A DNA stretch of 64,000 nt from Sphaerobacter sp. (GTDB lineage: Bacteria > Chloroflexota > Chloroflexia > Thermomicrobiales > Thermomicrobiaceae): contig NZ_JADGHZ010000001.1 of assembly GCF_019683595.1 (NCBI RefSeq), forward strand, positions 7,314 to 71,313. The letters run 5' to 3'. The notes under the pieces are model-generated. The model was not told the DNA's origin. It did not search any database and saw nothing but the letters and a program-made list of their open reading frames with translations. A program made the position numbers and the translations under genes. This document shows positions 45,011-55,113 of the stretch, piece by piece. Position 1 is the stretch's first letter; each line of letters begins with the position of its first letter.

Positions 45011-45796
45011 CTAGCTGCGCGGCCCAGGCTGGGAGACCCCGGCCGGCAACTCGTCGGTCTGCTCCAGAGGGTCCACCGCCGGGGCTTCAGGCTCACCCCA
45101 GCGCGCGTCGAACGCGTCGCTGCCGTTATCGTCCGCGGCCGACCGGCTCTGTCCTCGCCAGACCGGCGCTTCCGGCACGTTCGCCATCTCCGAAGTGGCC
45201 CGCGCGCGCTCGCCCGTGCCACCGACTGGAGGATCGATCGCGATCGTCGCCTCATCGGGCAGCCGCGACCATCGGCCGGAGAAGCGCTCCCGCGCCCCCT
45301 GCACGAGCCGGTTCACCCCGGCCGGTTCCGGCCGCTCCCACGCTGCGGCCTGGCCATGCTCCTCGCTTGGGTACTGCTCCACGCCGCAATAGGGGCAGAT
45401 TTCCCAGCGAAGATCGATCAAGCGCTCGCAACCGGGGCAGGGCTGGCGGAGTTCCGTCCGGCAGTACGGGCAGTAGACGAAGTCCTCGTTGACGTAGCGC
45501 TGGCAGGACGGGCAGAGCGGTAGCTCCTCCAGATCCTGCAGCAGGTACTCCTCCTCCAGCGAACGCTGGAAGGTGTCATCGAGCGTCTCCCGCGGGCGCA
45601 GAATGAGGTAGATGAGGATACCGGGAACGAAGAAGAGCACGACGACCAGCGTCGAAAAGATTTGCGCGATCACGCTGCGGCTGCGGCGCTGGATGTCCTG
45701 GAACGTCCAGACCACCAGGGCAAACCAGAGCGCGAGCAGGTAGGCACCGCCGAGGGCGACGATGACCTGGACAGCTCGGGCGATGATAGCTTCCAT
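45011..45796 (-). CDS. Membrane protein with double zinc-ribbon domain
   Basis: Two N-terminal TM helices, then CPSCQ...CPYCR and CPGCE...CPYCG. Confidence 0.7.
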   Translation of the reverse strand: MEAIIARAVQVIVALGGAYLLALWFALVVWTFQDIQRRSRSVIAQIFSTLVVVLFFVPGILIYLILRPRETLDDTFQRSLEEEYLLQDLEELPLCPSCQRYVNEDFVYCPYCRTELRQPCPGCERLIDLRWEICPYCGVEQYPSEEHGQAAAWERPEPAGVNRLVQGARERFSGRWSRLPDEATIAIDPPVGGTGERARATSEMANVPEAPVWRGQSRSAADDNGSDAFDARWGEPEAPAVDPLEQTDELPAGVSQPGPRS

Positions 45797-45867
45797 CGAA
45801 ACTCTCTCCCTCCGTCGGTCGGGAGTGTCACGCGCGGCCGGCTCCGCACCAGCCGGTCGCTCCCCGC

Positions 45868-46206
45868 CTAGGGGATACGCTCGACGCGCTCGACGTCCAA
45901 CACGAAGACGGTCGCGCCGCCCACCTGCACCTCGACGGGGTTCGGCACGTAGAACTCTCCGGGCTCCATGATCGGCAGCAGTGGGTTCACATACTGCGTC
46001 CGCGTATAGCAGTTCTGCTCAATAAGGCGCAACACATCGGGCACGTACGGATCCTCCACGCCGATCAGGACCGTCACATTGTTCTCTCGCAAGAATCCGC
46101 CCGCGCTGTTGATCTGGGTCGAGCGATAGCCGTTTTCCCGGAGCGCCGTCAGCAGGTTGTCGGCATCCTTCCCCTGAATCACCGCGAAAATCAGTTTCAT
46201 CTGCAT
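45868..46206 (-). CDS. darA: PII-like cyclic-di-AMP receptor DarA (YaaQ/PstA family)
   Basis: MKLIFAVIQGKDADNL...AGGFLRENNVTVLIGVED...VEVQVGGATVFVL closely parallels B. subtilis YaaQ as I remember it. It sits immediately downstream of tmk, as in Bacillus. Confidence 0.85.
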   Translation of the reverse strand: MQMKLIFAVIQGKDADNLLTALRENGYRSTQINSAGGFLRENNVTVLIGVEDPYVPDVLRLIEQNCYTRTQYVNPLLPIMEPGEFYVPNPVEVQVGGATVFVLDVERVERIP

Positions 46207-46209
46207 CCC

Positions 46210-46848
46210 CTACTGGCGCCCCGGCGCCGGCGACAATCGCTCAAGCACAACCGCCAGCACCTCCCGCGCCACCGCCTCCTCAGACTGGGCCGCATCGATA
46301 ATGCGCCACCGCGCCGGCTCGTCGCGCGCCAACGCGAGGAACCCCGTGCGCACCCGCTCGTGAAATCCTAGCGCATCCGCGTCGAGCCGGCTCAGGGGCT
46401 CGCCCGAGGCCCGCCGGCGGGCCTGCCCAACCGCAACCGGCAGATCCAACAGCAGCGTCAGGTCGGGCCACAGCCCGCGCGTCGCCCAGCGTTGCAGTGA
46501 CAGCAACTCATTCGCCGGCAGGCCGCGCCCCGCACCCTGGTAGACCAGCGTCGAGTCGACGAAGCGGTCGCAGAGCACGACCTTGCCCGCCGCGAGGGCG
46601 GGCTGAATCACTTCAGCGACATGCTGAGCACGTGCGGCCGTGTTCAGCAAGGCTTCCGTCTCCGGCAGCATAGCAGCGTGTTCGGGCGCGAGCAAAATCT
46701 GCCGGATGGCCTCGCCGATCGCGGTCCCCCCAGGCTCGCGCGTGGTGACGACCGAATAGCCGCGCGCCTCCAGTTCACTCGCCAGCCGTCGGATCTGGGT
46801 CGACTTGCCCGCCCCCTCCGGCCCCTCGAACGTCACGAACAGGCTCAC
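46210..46848 (-). CDS. tmk: Thymidylate kinase
   Basis: [14 protein letters not shown]...TREPGGT...[12 protein letters not shown]. Confidence 0.95.
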   Translation of the reverse strand: MSLFVTFEGPEGAGKSTQIRRLASELEARGYSVVTTREPGGTAIGEAIRQILLAPEHAAMLPETEALLNTAARAQHVAEVIQPALAAGKVVLCDRFVDSTLVYQGAGRGLPANELLSLQRWATRGLWPDLTLLLDLPVAVGQARRRASGEPLSRLDADALGFHERVRTGFLALARDEPARWRIIDAAQSEEAVAREVLAVVLERLSPAPGRQ

Positions 46849-48584
46849 GGAAGACCGTCCCGGCGGAAGATCTCGACGTAGCGCTGGGGCTCGCGCCCGC
46901 GGCTGCGCGAGGCGAGGTTGTAGCGTTCAGCAAGCTGGTGCTGCAGCCGTCGGACGTGGGAAGCCTGCGGCCGCAGGTCGACGCTGGAGACCTCGCCGCT
47001 CAACACGTCGTGGATCGCGGACTCGGCCTCGAACATGGCTGCCGCCAGCCGATCCTCAGGCACCTCCGCCTCCTCGTCATCCCACCGGTCCGAGCCACGC
47101 TCAGCGTCCTGGCGCATCACACTGCTCTGCAGTTGCTCGGCGAAGAGGGATCGGAGCAGATTCGCCATCTGGACGATGGTGTTGTTCCGCAGCACGTAGA
47201 TCGGGATACCTCGCGCTTCCGCCTCCCGCAGCGGCTGCGGCCGCCGCCGGTAGTAGTTCTTGAGCGTGACCACTACGTCCGCGTCGCGCAGGTCACGAAC
47301 GACCGTCGCCGGCGCGGCCATCTGGTGGATCGCCTGCTCCAGACGGTTGCGGCTCACGCCGAACGGAAACACGCGCGCGGGGCGGTCCGGGGTTCCCCGG
47401 CCCGCACGCAGGACGTCGCGCACCACCGGTGCGGGCTCTTCGCCCGCCTGAGGTATCGGCTCCGGTCCCCGCCGACGGGTCGGCCGCCGTTCCGTGTCCG
47501 CGGCGTGTTCCGCCTGGTACGGCTGCTCGTAGGTGACCGTTACCGTGCCGTCCGGCGCGCGCTGCCGAACCTCGACGCGCAGCGGCTGTCCGCGCAGGAT
47601 CGCGTCGACTGCGCTGGCCACGTCGCGGTACACTGCCACCCGGTCCCGAGCCTGAATCTCGACCATCATGGTGAAGGTCGGCGGCGCCTTGCGCTCCAGG
47701 ATCGACTTCTGCGTCCCGCGGCGACGCGCCTCCTCGTCGCTCAGCGTCACCGACTGGATCCCGCCGATCAGATCGGACAGCGTCGGGTTCATCATCAAGT
47801 TCTCGAGGGTGTTCCCGTGCGCCGTCCCGACGAGCTGCACACCGCGCTCGGCGATCGTCCGCGCCGCGGCCGCCTCCAGCTCGGTGCCGATCTCGTCGAT
47901 GACGATGACCTCGGGCATGTGGTTCTCCACGGCCTCGATCATCACCGCGTGCTGCAAGGCCGGCGTCGGCACCTGCATGCGGCGCGCGCGGCCGATCGAC
48001 GGGTGGGGAATGTCCCCATCGCCCGCGATCTCATTGCTCGTGTCGACGATGATCACCCGCTTGCCCAGGTCGTCGGCCAGCACCCGAGCCGTCTCGCGCA
48101 GCATCGTCGTCTTGCCGACGCCGGGCCGACCGAGCAGGAGCAGGCTCTCGCCCGACTCCACTAGATCGCGCACGATCCCGATCGTCCCGTAGACCGCCCG
48201 CCCGATCCGGCAGGTCAGCCCGACGATCTGCCCGGAGCGGCTCCGGATGGCGGAGATGCGATGCAGGGTCCGCTCGATCCCGGCCCGGTTGTCGTCGCCG
48301 AAGCGGCCGATGCGCTCCGCGACGTAGGCGATGTCCTCGCGCGTGACCTCGCGGTCCGACAGGTACACCTCACGGTCCGGATAACGCGCCTCAGGGGGCC
48401 GTCCGAGGTCCAGGACGATCTCGATGAGCTCCTTGCGTTCCTCAGGCGTACTCTCCGCCTCGAGCGCCTCCACCACGTGGGGCGGTAAGACCGCGAGCAA
48501 GTCCTCCAGGTTGTCGGTGATCTCCTCGCCGAACGGCGCCGGCGATTTCGTCGCGGATGTGGTCCTCCAGGTTGTCAAGTGCAA
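46845..48584 (-). CDS. AAA ATPase with C-terminal R3H-type nucleic-acid-binding region (SpoIIIAA/Ycf45-like)
   Basis: Walker A is GRPGVGKTT. Walker B is VIVIDEIG. The C-terminal segment ...[16 protein letters not shown]... is R3H-like. It overlaps the tmk start by 4 nt. Confidence 0.75.
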   Translation of the reverse strand: MHLTTWRTTSATKSPAPFGEEITDNLEDLLAVLPPHVVEALEAESTPEERKELIEIVLDLGRPPEARYPDREVYLSDREVTREDIAYVAERIGRFGDDNRAGIERTLHRISAIRSRSGQIVGLTCRIGRAVYGTIGIVRDLVESGESLLLLGRPGVGKTTMLRETARVLADDLGKRVIIVDTSNEIAGDGDIPHPSIGRARRMQVPTPALQHAVMIEAVENHMPEVIVIDEIGTELEAAAARTIAERGVQLVGTAHGNTLENLMMNPTLSDLIGGIQSVTLSDEEARRRGTQKSILERKAPPTFTMMVEIQARDRVAVYRDVASAVDAILRGQPLRVEVRQRAPDGTVTVTYEQPYQAEHAADTERRPTRRRGPEPIPQAGEEPAPVVRDVLRAGRGTPDRPARVFPFGVSRNRLEQAIHQMAAPATVVRDLRDADVVVTLKNYYRRRPQPLREAEARGIPIYVLRNNTIVQMANLLRSLFAEQLQSSVMRQDAERGSDRWDDEEAEVPEDRLAAAMFEAESAIHDVLSGEVSSVDLRPQASHVRRLQHQLAERYNLASRSRGREPQRYVEIFRRDGLP

Positions 48585-48596
48585 TCCACTCCGTCG

Positions 48597-49634
48597 CTAT
48601 ACCATCAACGTCCCTGATGTGACGCCATCAGCCGGCGGCGTCGTGCCTGTGCTGGAATACGAAGGCAGCCGCGCCGAAAGCCGCTCCCCGACTTCCGGCA
48701 CCAGATGCAGCGGCCGGGCCTGACTCGTGCGCACCGGCACCGCCGTGTACCGCACCATCCGCGCCTGGCGCCCGTCGACGGAGAATCCCACCGCCTCCAA
48801 GTGCGAAATGTACTCGCTATGATAGTCGGGCACGCCCACCCAAACCTCGTCGTGTTCCCCGGCGCCGGACCGCGCCAGCGCCCGCGGCACCAGATCCCGC
48901 AAGAGCTCCGCCTCACCCGGCTGCGCCAGCACGTCGACAACATGCTGGTGCCCGCGAGACGTCACCCGGCAGTACGCCACCGCCTGGTGATCGCGTTCGA
49001 CCAGGAAGCCACGCACGCGCCAGGCCGCACGCCGGCCCACGTCCCAATGGTTGGTCGTAAACGCCTCGGCGAACTGGACCGGCTGCGGGGTCGCCCGCTG
49101 GTACAACTGCTGCAGGGCCCAGGCATCACTCGGTTCCTGCTCTCGAATCGCCGTCCCATTCAACGCACCTGGGCCGACACCCGGTGCCACCAGCGTGGTC
49201 TGGTACGCGTAGATGGTGAAGTTCGCGCGCAGCAACGCCTCCAGGGCCGGGCCATCCAACGGCGCGCATGCGTGTAGCCGCTTGGCGCCGGATGCCCCGG
49301 CCGCGCGTATCGCCGCGATCAGCAGCGCCTCCCACACGTCGACCAGCAACTCGGTCTGCTCCGGGACGGAGTCCGGCCCTGCCGCGAGCGCGGCGATCAC
49401 CCAGCGATAGTCCCGCGGCTCCGGCTGAATCTCGACCGCGGCGCGGAGGCCCTCGCTGGCCGTGGCGATGTACCCGCGCCAGAAGCGGCGCGTCACGGGC
49501 AGGCTCGCCAGCACCCCAGCCCCCATCGGGCCTACCGGCGCACCGCCGTCGCCGAGACCCAGCGGGATTCGCTGTAGCGCACGGAAACCGGTCAAATCGC
49601 GGATGCCGATGGGGCGAACGGTCAACGTGGCCAT
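48597..49634 (-). CDS. Hypothetical protein, possibly a degenerate double GNAT fold
   Basis: A long high-GC3 ORF lying in an operon between recR and the R3H ATPase. I recognise no catalytic motif. Confidence 0.55.
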   Translation of the reverse strand: MATLTVRPIGIRDLTGFRALQRIPLGLGDGGAPVGPMGAGVLASLPVTRRFWRGYIATASEGLRAAVEIQPEPRDYRWVIAALAAGPDSVPEQTELLVDVWEALLIAAIRAAGASGAKRLHACAPLDGPALEALLRANFTIYAYQTTLVAPGVGPGALNGTAIREQEPSDAWALQQLYQRATPQPVQFAEAFTTNHWDVGRRAAWRVRGFLVERDHQAVAYCRVTSRGHQHVVDVLAQPGEAELLRDLVPRALARSGAGEHDEVWVGVPDYHSEYISHLEAVGFSVDGRQARMVRYTAVPVRTSQARPLHLVPEVGERLSARLPSYSSTGTTPPADGVTSGTLMV

Positions 49635-49696
49635 GATGCGTCTACCCCCGTGCAGTTCGGCTCCTGCCGGAGCCCGGCACCCCGCGCCGGGAGGGC

Positions 49697-50332
49697 TCAG
49701 AGCGCGCGACGCCCGGCAAGCGCTCGCCCGAGCGTCACTTCGTCGGCGTACTCGAGGTCGCCCCCTACCGGCAGCCCACTGGCCGGGCGGGTGACAGTGA
49801 CGCCGAGCGGGAGCAACTGCCGCGCAATGTACATGGCGGTGGCATCCCCTTCAATATTCGGGTTCAGCGCCAGAATCACCTCGTCGGGCGGGTCCGCCTG
49901 TACACGCGCGACCAACTCACGAATTCGCAATCGGTCCGGGCCAATTCCATCGACCGGCGACAGGACGCCGTGCAAGACGTGATACAGCCCGTTGTACTCG
50001 CCGGTCCGGTCGAGCGCTACCACATCCAGCGGCTCCTCGACCACGCAGATCGTGCGGCGGTCTCGCTGTTCGTCGGAGCAGATCGGACATGGGTCGTGCT
50101 CTGTGATGTTGAAACAGATCGAGCAGAGCACGATCCGCTCCTTGACCTCGAGGATCGCCTCCGCCAAGGCTACGGCTTCCTCGCGGTCGCTCCGCAGGAT
50201 GTGGTAGGCCAGGCGCGATGCCGTCTTCGGGCCTACCCCGGGCAACTTGCCGAATTCGTCAATCAGTTTGGCAACCGGTTCTGCTGTAACCCGAGATCGC
50301 ACCCGTTCCTCACGATCCGTATGGCGTCGCAC
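49697..50332 (-). CDS. recR: Recombination protein RecR
   Basis: GKLPGVGPKTASRLAYH (HhH), a zinc finger CSICFNITEHDPCPIC, and a Toprim region VVEEP.D...E. A likely GTG start is at 50302. Confidence 0.95.
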   Translation of the reverse strand: MRRHTDREERVRSRVTAEPVAKLIDEFGKLPGVGPKTASRLAYHILRSDREEAVALAEAILEVKERIVLCSICFNITEHDPCPICSDEQRDRRTICVVEEPLDVVALDRTGEYNGLYHVLHGVLSPVDGIGPDRLRIRELVARVQADPPDEVILALNPNIEGDATAMYIARQLLPLGVTVTRPASGLPVGGDLEYADEVTLGRALAGRRAL

Positions 50333-50401
50333 CGGCTATGAGTATACCAAACGGCTCATTTCCCCCGCCGCGCCGCCGCCAGCGGACCATCGGCGCGCAT
50401 C

Positions 50402-52633
50402 TTACTCCTCGTCCGTGATGTAGACCGGTCGCCCGCGGGAGCCGTCCGCCGGGCCGACGTAGCCGAGTTCTTCCATCTGCTCGATCAGACGCGCTGCGCG
50501 GTTGTAGCCGATGCGCAAGCGCCGCTGGAGCATCGAGGCCGATGCCGTCCCCTGCTGGCGCACGATCTGAAGCGCCTGCTCGAGCAGCGGGTCTTCCCCC
50601 ATTTCGGCCGGCTCCTCGGTCTCCACGTTCACCCAGTTCGGGTCGTACTGGTGGTTGGGAGCCACCTTCCGCCAGTGACGAACCACGTACTGCAGATCGC
50701 GATCCTCGATGAACGACCCCTGGACGCGGTGCGGCTTGGCGGCATCGGGAGGCAGGAAGAGCATGTCACCCTTCCCGAGCAGCCGCTCCGCCCCCGGCAG
50801 GTCGAGGATGACCCGGCTGTCCGTCACCGAGGTCACCGCGAAGGCAATACGTGCTGGAACGTTGGCCTTGATGAGCCCGGTCAACACATCGACCGAGGGG
50901 CGCTGCGTAGCGATGAGGAGATGGATCCCGGTCGCGCGCGCCATCTGCGCCAGGCGCACCAGCAGCGTCTCGACCTCCTCCGGCGTGGTCATCATCAAGT
51001 CGGCCAACTCGTCGATGATGACTACCAGGTAGGGCATGATCTCAAGGCCGGGGTCCTCCTGGCGCCGGAGGTTGTAGCCGTCGATGTTCCGCACACCCAG
51101 CGCGGCGAACTGCTGGTAGCGGCGCTCCATCTCCTCCAACACCTTGCGGAGCGTGCCGACCACCTTGTCCATGTCGGTCACCACCGGGCACTTCAGGTGC
51201 GGCACGCCGTTGAACCCGACCAGCTCCACCTTCTTCGGGTCGATGAGCACCATCTGGAGTTCGGTCGGGCGGCGCGTGAGCAAGAAGGTGGCGATAATGC
51301 CGTTGATGCAGACCGACTTCCCGGAGCCGGTCGAGCCGGCGATCAAGAGGTGCGGCATCTTGGCCAGGTCGCCGATGACGTAGCGCCCGTTGACGTCACG
51401 CCCGAGCGCCAGCGGCAGCTTCGCCTTGGAGCGCTGGAAGGCCGCCGACTCCAACGTCTCGCGCAGGCCGACGGTCAGGACGCTGGAATTGGGCACCTCG
51501 ATACCGACGCGGGCCATCCCGGGGACGGGTGCCTCGATACGGATCGACGGTGCGGCCAGCGCTAGAGCCAGATCGTTCTGCAGTTCCGTGATGCGCCGCA
51601 CCTTGACACCCGGCCCCGGCTCAAGGGTGAACATGGTGACGGCCGGACCGGGAAAGATTTCCCGCACGTGGGCGTCGACCTTGAAGTTCTTCAGCGACTC
51701 CTGGATCAGAGCCGCCTTGCTCTCCAGCTCGCCGGGATCCGGCGTCCCGCCGTCGTACAACGCGAGGCGCTTGATGTCCGGCAACGGTAACGGCGCGAGC
51801 CGCGTAGGCTCCCCCTCCTGCTTACCTGACGCCGGGGTGGCCGCCGCGGACGCGGGCTCTTCGGCCTTCGCATCGGCTGGCTCCGTCTTGGGCAGGTTGA
51901 TCACCGGGCGCGGCGGCGGGGCGGACTCCGCTGGCTCCTCCGCCACCGGTTGTGCGGCCCGGCGTTTCGGTGCTGCGGGCGCGGCGGGTGGCGACGCTGC
52001 GCGCACGGCCGCGCGGGACGCCCGCAGGCTGCGCCATGCCTGCACCGCGCTCAGGAGATCCATCCCCGTGAGGAGGTAGACGCCCACGATGCCGACGGTG
52101 AAGGCGATGATAGAGGCTCCGGCGTGGCCGGCCGCCGCGCGCGCCAGCTCGCCCAGGCCGCTGCCCAGGTGGCCACCGGCCTGCTCCACCGTCGGCGCCC
52201 CGATCAGGTGGAGGAAGGTGACGACGGCCGCGGTGAACAGCAGGTATCCGGTTATCCGGCGGCGGCGCGCGCCGTCACCACCCGGCACGAACAGCTCGAT
52301 CGCCAGGCCCGCCAGTCCCACCGGCACCAGGAATGCTCCCCGGCCGAGCAGGGCACGCAGCCAGTCACCCAGCACGCCGATCAGTCCCTGTTGGTCTGCC
52401 GGCAACACCAGCGGGAGGGTGAGGAGCACCGCCATGGCGAGGGAGAGAACGCCCAGGACTTCCCGTTGCAGGCGGCTCGGCACCTCCCAACTCGCGAACC
52501 AGGCGCCGACAGCCCGGAAGCCACGCCAGACCAGCATGAGGGCGGCGGGCGGCGTCGACCGACTGCTTCCCTTCCGGCGTGCCGTGCTCTTCGCCTGCGG
52601 CTTCTTCCGGCGCCCCTTTGCCTGCGCTGCCAT
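50402..52633 (-). CDS. ftsK: DNA translocase FtsK/SpoIIIE
   Basis: N-terminal TM helices, an Ala/Pro-rich linker, Walker A GSTGSGKS, Walker B VVIIDELAD, and a C-terminal gamma winged-helix (MLQRRLRIGYNRAARLIEQME). Confidence 0.95.
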   Translation of the reverse strand: MAAQAKGRRKKPQAKSTARRKGSSRSTPPAALMLVWRGFRAVGAWFASWEVPSRLQREVLGVLSLAMAVLLTLPLVLPADQQGLIGVLGDWLRALLGRGAFLVPVGLAGLAIELFVPGGDGARRRRITGYLLFTAAVVTFLHLIGAPTVEQAGGHLGSGLGELARAAAGHAGASIIAFTVGIVGVYLLTGMDLLSAVQAWRSLRASRAAVRAASPPAAPAAPKRRAAQPVAEEPAESAPPPRPVINLPKTEPADAKAEEPASAAATPASGKQEGEPTRLAPLPLPDIKRLALYDGGTPDPGELESKAALIQESLKNFKVDAHVREIFPGPAVTMFTLEPGPGVKVRRITELQNDLALALAAPSIRIEAPVPGMARVGIEVPNSSVLTVGLRETLESAAFQRSKAKLPLALGRDVNGRYVIGDLAKMPHLLIAGSTGSGKSVCINGIIATFLLTRRPTELQMVLIDPKKVELVGFNGVPHLKCPVVTDMDKVVGTLRKVLEEMERRYQQFAALGVRNIDGYNLRRQEDPGLEIMPYLVVIIDELADLMMTTPEEVETLLVRLAQMARATGIHLLIATQRPSVDVLTGLIKANVPARIAFAVTSVTDSRVILDLPGAERLLGKGDMLFLPPDAAKPHRVQGSFIEDRDLQYVVRHWRKVAPNHQYDPNWVNVETEEPAEMGEDPLLEQALQIVRQQGTASASMLQRRLRIGYNRAARLIEQMEELGYVGPADGSRGRPVYITDEE

Positions 52634-52698
52634 CGCCCCCTCCGTGTACGTGCGTCGTGTTCGTACGCATTATAGCACCGAGGGGCGGATATTCAGCC

Positions 52699-54378
52699 CT
52701 AGACCTCGAGCACGACGGGGAGAATCACCGGGCGGCGTCGCGTCTGTTGGTAGACGAACGACTGCACCGTCTCGTGGATCGCACGCGTCGCCGCGAGCCG
52801 GCCGTGGCTGGTATGCCCGTTCTGACCCAGCACCTGGCTGAGGTGGTCGCGCGCGGCCGTCAGGAAGGCGGTGCCCACGCCATCGGGAAGGAAACCACGC
52901 CCGACAATCTCCGGCCCGGCCACCACCTGGCCCGATTCCCGGTCGATCGTGACGACGATCAGGAGCACGCCGTCCCGCGCCAGGAGCCGCCGATCGACGA
53001 TCGTCCTGTCTCCCGCCTCGCCGACCGACAGCCCGTCGACGTAGACCGTCCCGCTCGGCACACTGCCGGCGATCTGGGCCGTCTCCCCGTCGAAGCGGAA
53101 CACCGTGCCGACATCGCCGATCACGATGCACTCGTCCGGAATGCCGACGCTGCGGGCCAGATCGGCGTAGAGATACAGGTGGCGCGGCTCACCGTGGAAC
53201 GGAAGGACGAAGCGCGGCCGCACGAGGTTGAGCATCATGCGCAGCTCATCCTGGCTGGCATGCCCCGACACGTGGACCGGCGCGTGGGCGGCGTAGATCA
53301 CCTCCGCCCCCTGCTTGAAGAGCTGATTGATGAGCCGGTAGACCGACGATTCGTTGCCGGGGATGGGCGTCGCCGAGATCACCACCGTGTCGCCCGGCTG
53401 GATGCGGATCTCCTTGTGGTCGCCCCGCGCGATGCGGCTGAGCACCGCCATCGGCTCCCCCTGGCTCCCGGTGCAGACGTAGACGACTTGCTCCGGCGGC
53501 AGCTTCGCCGCCTGCGACACGCGGATCAGCGTGTCGGGCGGCGGTGTAAGGTAACCCAGCTCCAGCGCCACGCGGACGTTGTTCTGCAGCGACCGGCCGA
53601 CGCAGGCCACCCGCCGCCCATGCCGGTGTGCGGTCGTCAGCACCTGCTGCACGCGTGAGATGTTCGAGGCGAAGGTGGCCACGATCACTCGCCCCGGTGC
53701 GCGGCGCAGCACGTCGTCGAACGTCTGCTCGACGACCCGCTCCGAAGGCGTGGTCCCGGGGGACTCAACGTGAACACAGTCGCTGATGAGGAGCAGCGGC
53801 TCACGGCGCCCAAGCTCGCCGAGCTTCGCCATGTCCGTCAGCCGGCCGTCGACCGGCGTCTGATCGAACTTGAAATCGCCGGTATGCACTACCAGGCCGA
53901 CCGGCGTCTCGATCGCGAACCCCACCGCGTCCGGAATGCTGTGGCTCACGCGAAAGCACTCGACCGTGAAACACCCTGCGGGGATGCGTGGGTCCTCTTC
54001 AGGGACGATCAGGCGCAGGTCCGCCCGGTCGAGCATCTTGCGCTCCCGGAGGCGATTCCGCAGCAATCCCTGGGTCAGCCGCGTGCTGTAGACCGGAGCA
54101 TTGACCGCTTCGAGCAGGTAGGCGAGCGCGCCGATGTGATCTTCGTGGCCGTGGGTGATGAAGATCCCGCGGACACGGTCCGCGTTTTCGCGGAGGTACG
54201 TGATGTCGGGCAGGAGGAGGTCCACGCCGAACATGTCCTCCTCCGGGAACCCGACGCCGGCATCGATGACGATCATATCGTCACCCGACGCCAGCACGAG
54301 CATGTTTTTTCCGACCTCACCGAGCCCGCCGAGGAACGTGACGTCGAGGTGGTGGGCGTTGTTCAACCGGGAATGCAC
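52699..54378 (-). CDS. rnj: Ribonuclease J (beta-CASP metallo-beta-lactamase)
   Basis: The HxHxDH motif is THGHEDHIG. The beta-CASP region is present. The GTG at 54378 gives 559 aa, a typical RNase J length. The longer track ORF overlaps the UDG gene. Confidence 0.9.
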   Translation of the reverse strand: MHSRLNNAHHLDVTFLGGLGEVGKNMLVLASGDDMIVIDAGVGFPEEDMFGVDLLLPDITYLRENADRVRGIFITHGHEDHIGALAYLLEAVNAPVYSTRLTQGLLRNRLRERKMLDRADLRLIVPEEDPRIPAGCFTVECFRVSHSIPDAVGFAIETPVGLVVHTGDFKFDQTPVDGRLTDMAKLGELGRREPLLLISDCVHVESPGTTPSERVVEQTFDDVLRRAPGRVIVATFASNISRVQQVLTTAHRHGRRVACVGRSLQNNVRVALELGYLTPPPDTLIRVSQAAKLPPEQVVYVCTGSQGEPMAVLSRIARGDHKEIRIQPGDTVVISATPIPGNESSVYRLINQLFKQGAEVIYAAHAPVHVSGHASQDELRMMLNLVRPRFVLPFHGEPRHLYLYADLARSVGIPDECIVIGDVGTVFRFDGETAQIAGSVPSGTVYVDGLSVGEAGDRTIVDRRLLARDGVLLIVVTIDRESGQVVAGPEIVGRGFLPDGVGTAFLTAARDHLSQVLGQNGHTSHGRLAATRAIHETVQSFVYQQTRRRPVILPVVLEV

Positions 54379-54436
54379 TCCTTCTCCGTCGATCCCGCGC
54401 CGGGAGGCAACCGGACCGAACCCCGCGGCCGACGTG

Positions 54437-55045
54437 TTAGAAGAGCCGCATCTGCTGTGGGGGCGGGGGCGCGTCCTCCGCCGCCGTCTCGCGACGGACC
54501 TCCTCCAGGATCTGCGGCAGCTTCGCCATGTCGGCCTCGATGGTCGCGCGCAACGAGGACTGGTGCAGCGCTGCCGCAGGATGGTACATCGGCACCACCA
54601 CCACATCGCCAAAGCGGCGCGGCTGGCCGTGGATGCGTGAGATACGCTCGTTCGGGAACCAGCGGGCCATCGAGAAGCGGCCGAGCGTCACGATCACCTT
54701 AGGCTTGATCGCGGCGATCTGCGCATCGAGGTAGGCAGAGCAGGCGGCGATCTCATCCGGCAGTGGATCGCGGTTGCCGGGCGGACGGCACTTGACAACG
54801 TTGGTGACGAAGACCTCGTCCCGAGACAGCCCGATGCTTTGCAGCATTTCGTTCAGGAACTGCCCGGCGGCGCCGACGAACGGGAGCCCCTGGCGGTCTT
54901 CGTGCCAGCCCGGCCCTTCGCCGATGAACATGATCTCGGCGTTGGGGTTCCCGTGTCCCGGGACCGCGTTGGTCCGCATGCGATGCAATTCACACTGCGT
55001 GCAGACACGTACTTGCGCCGCGATCGTGTCCAGACTCGCTGTCAA
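54437..55045 (-). CDS. Uracil-DNA glycosylase, family 4
   Basis: C.C.L...R...V.G.G.....IMFIGEGPG..ED..G.PFVG.AG and HPAA are family-4 UDG motifs. Confidence 0.85.
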   Translation of the reverse strand: MTASLDTIAAQVRVCTQCELHRMRTNAVPGHGNPNAEIMFIGEGPGWHEDRQGLPFVGAAGQFLNEMLQSIGLSRDEVFVTNVVKCRPPGNRDPLPDEIAACSAYLDAQIAAIKPKVIVTLGRFSMARWFPNERISRIHGQPRRFGDVVVVPMYHPAAALHQSSLRATIEADMAKLPQILEEVRRETAAEDAPPPPQQMRLF

Positions 55046-55113
55046 GCTCGCCTCCTCACAGCGTCCGTCTCACCGGGATAACAGTATACGTCCACCTGCG
55101 GGCCTACGGCGAT

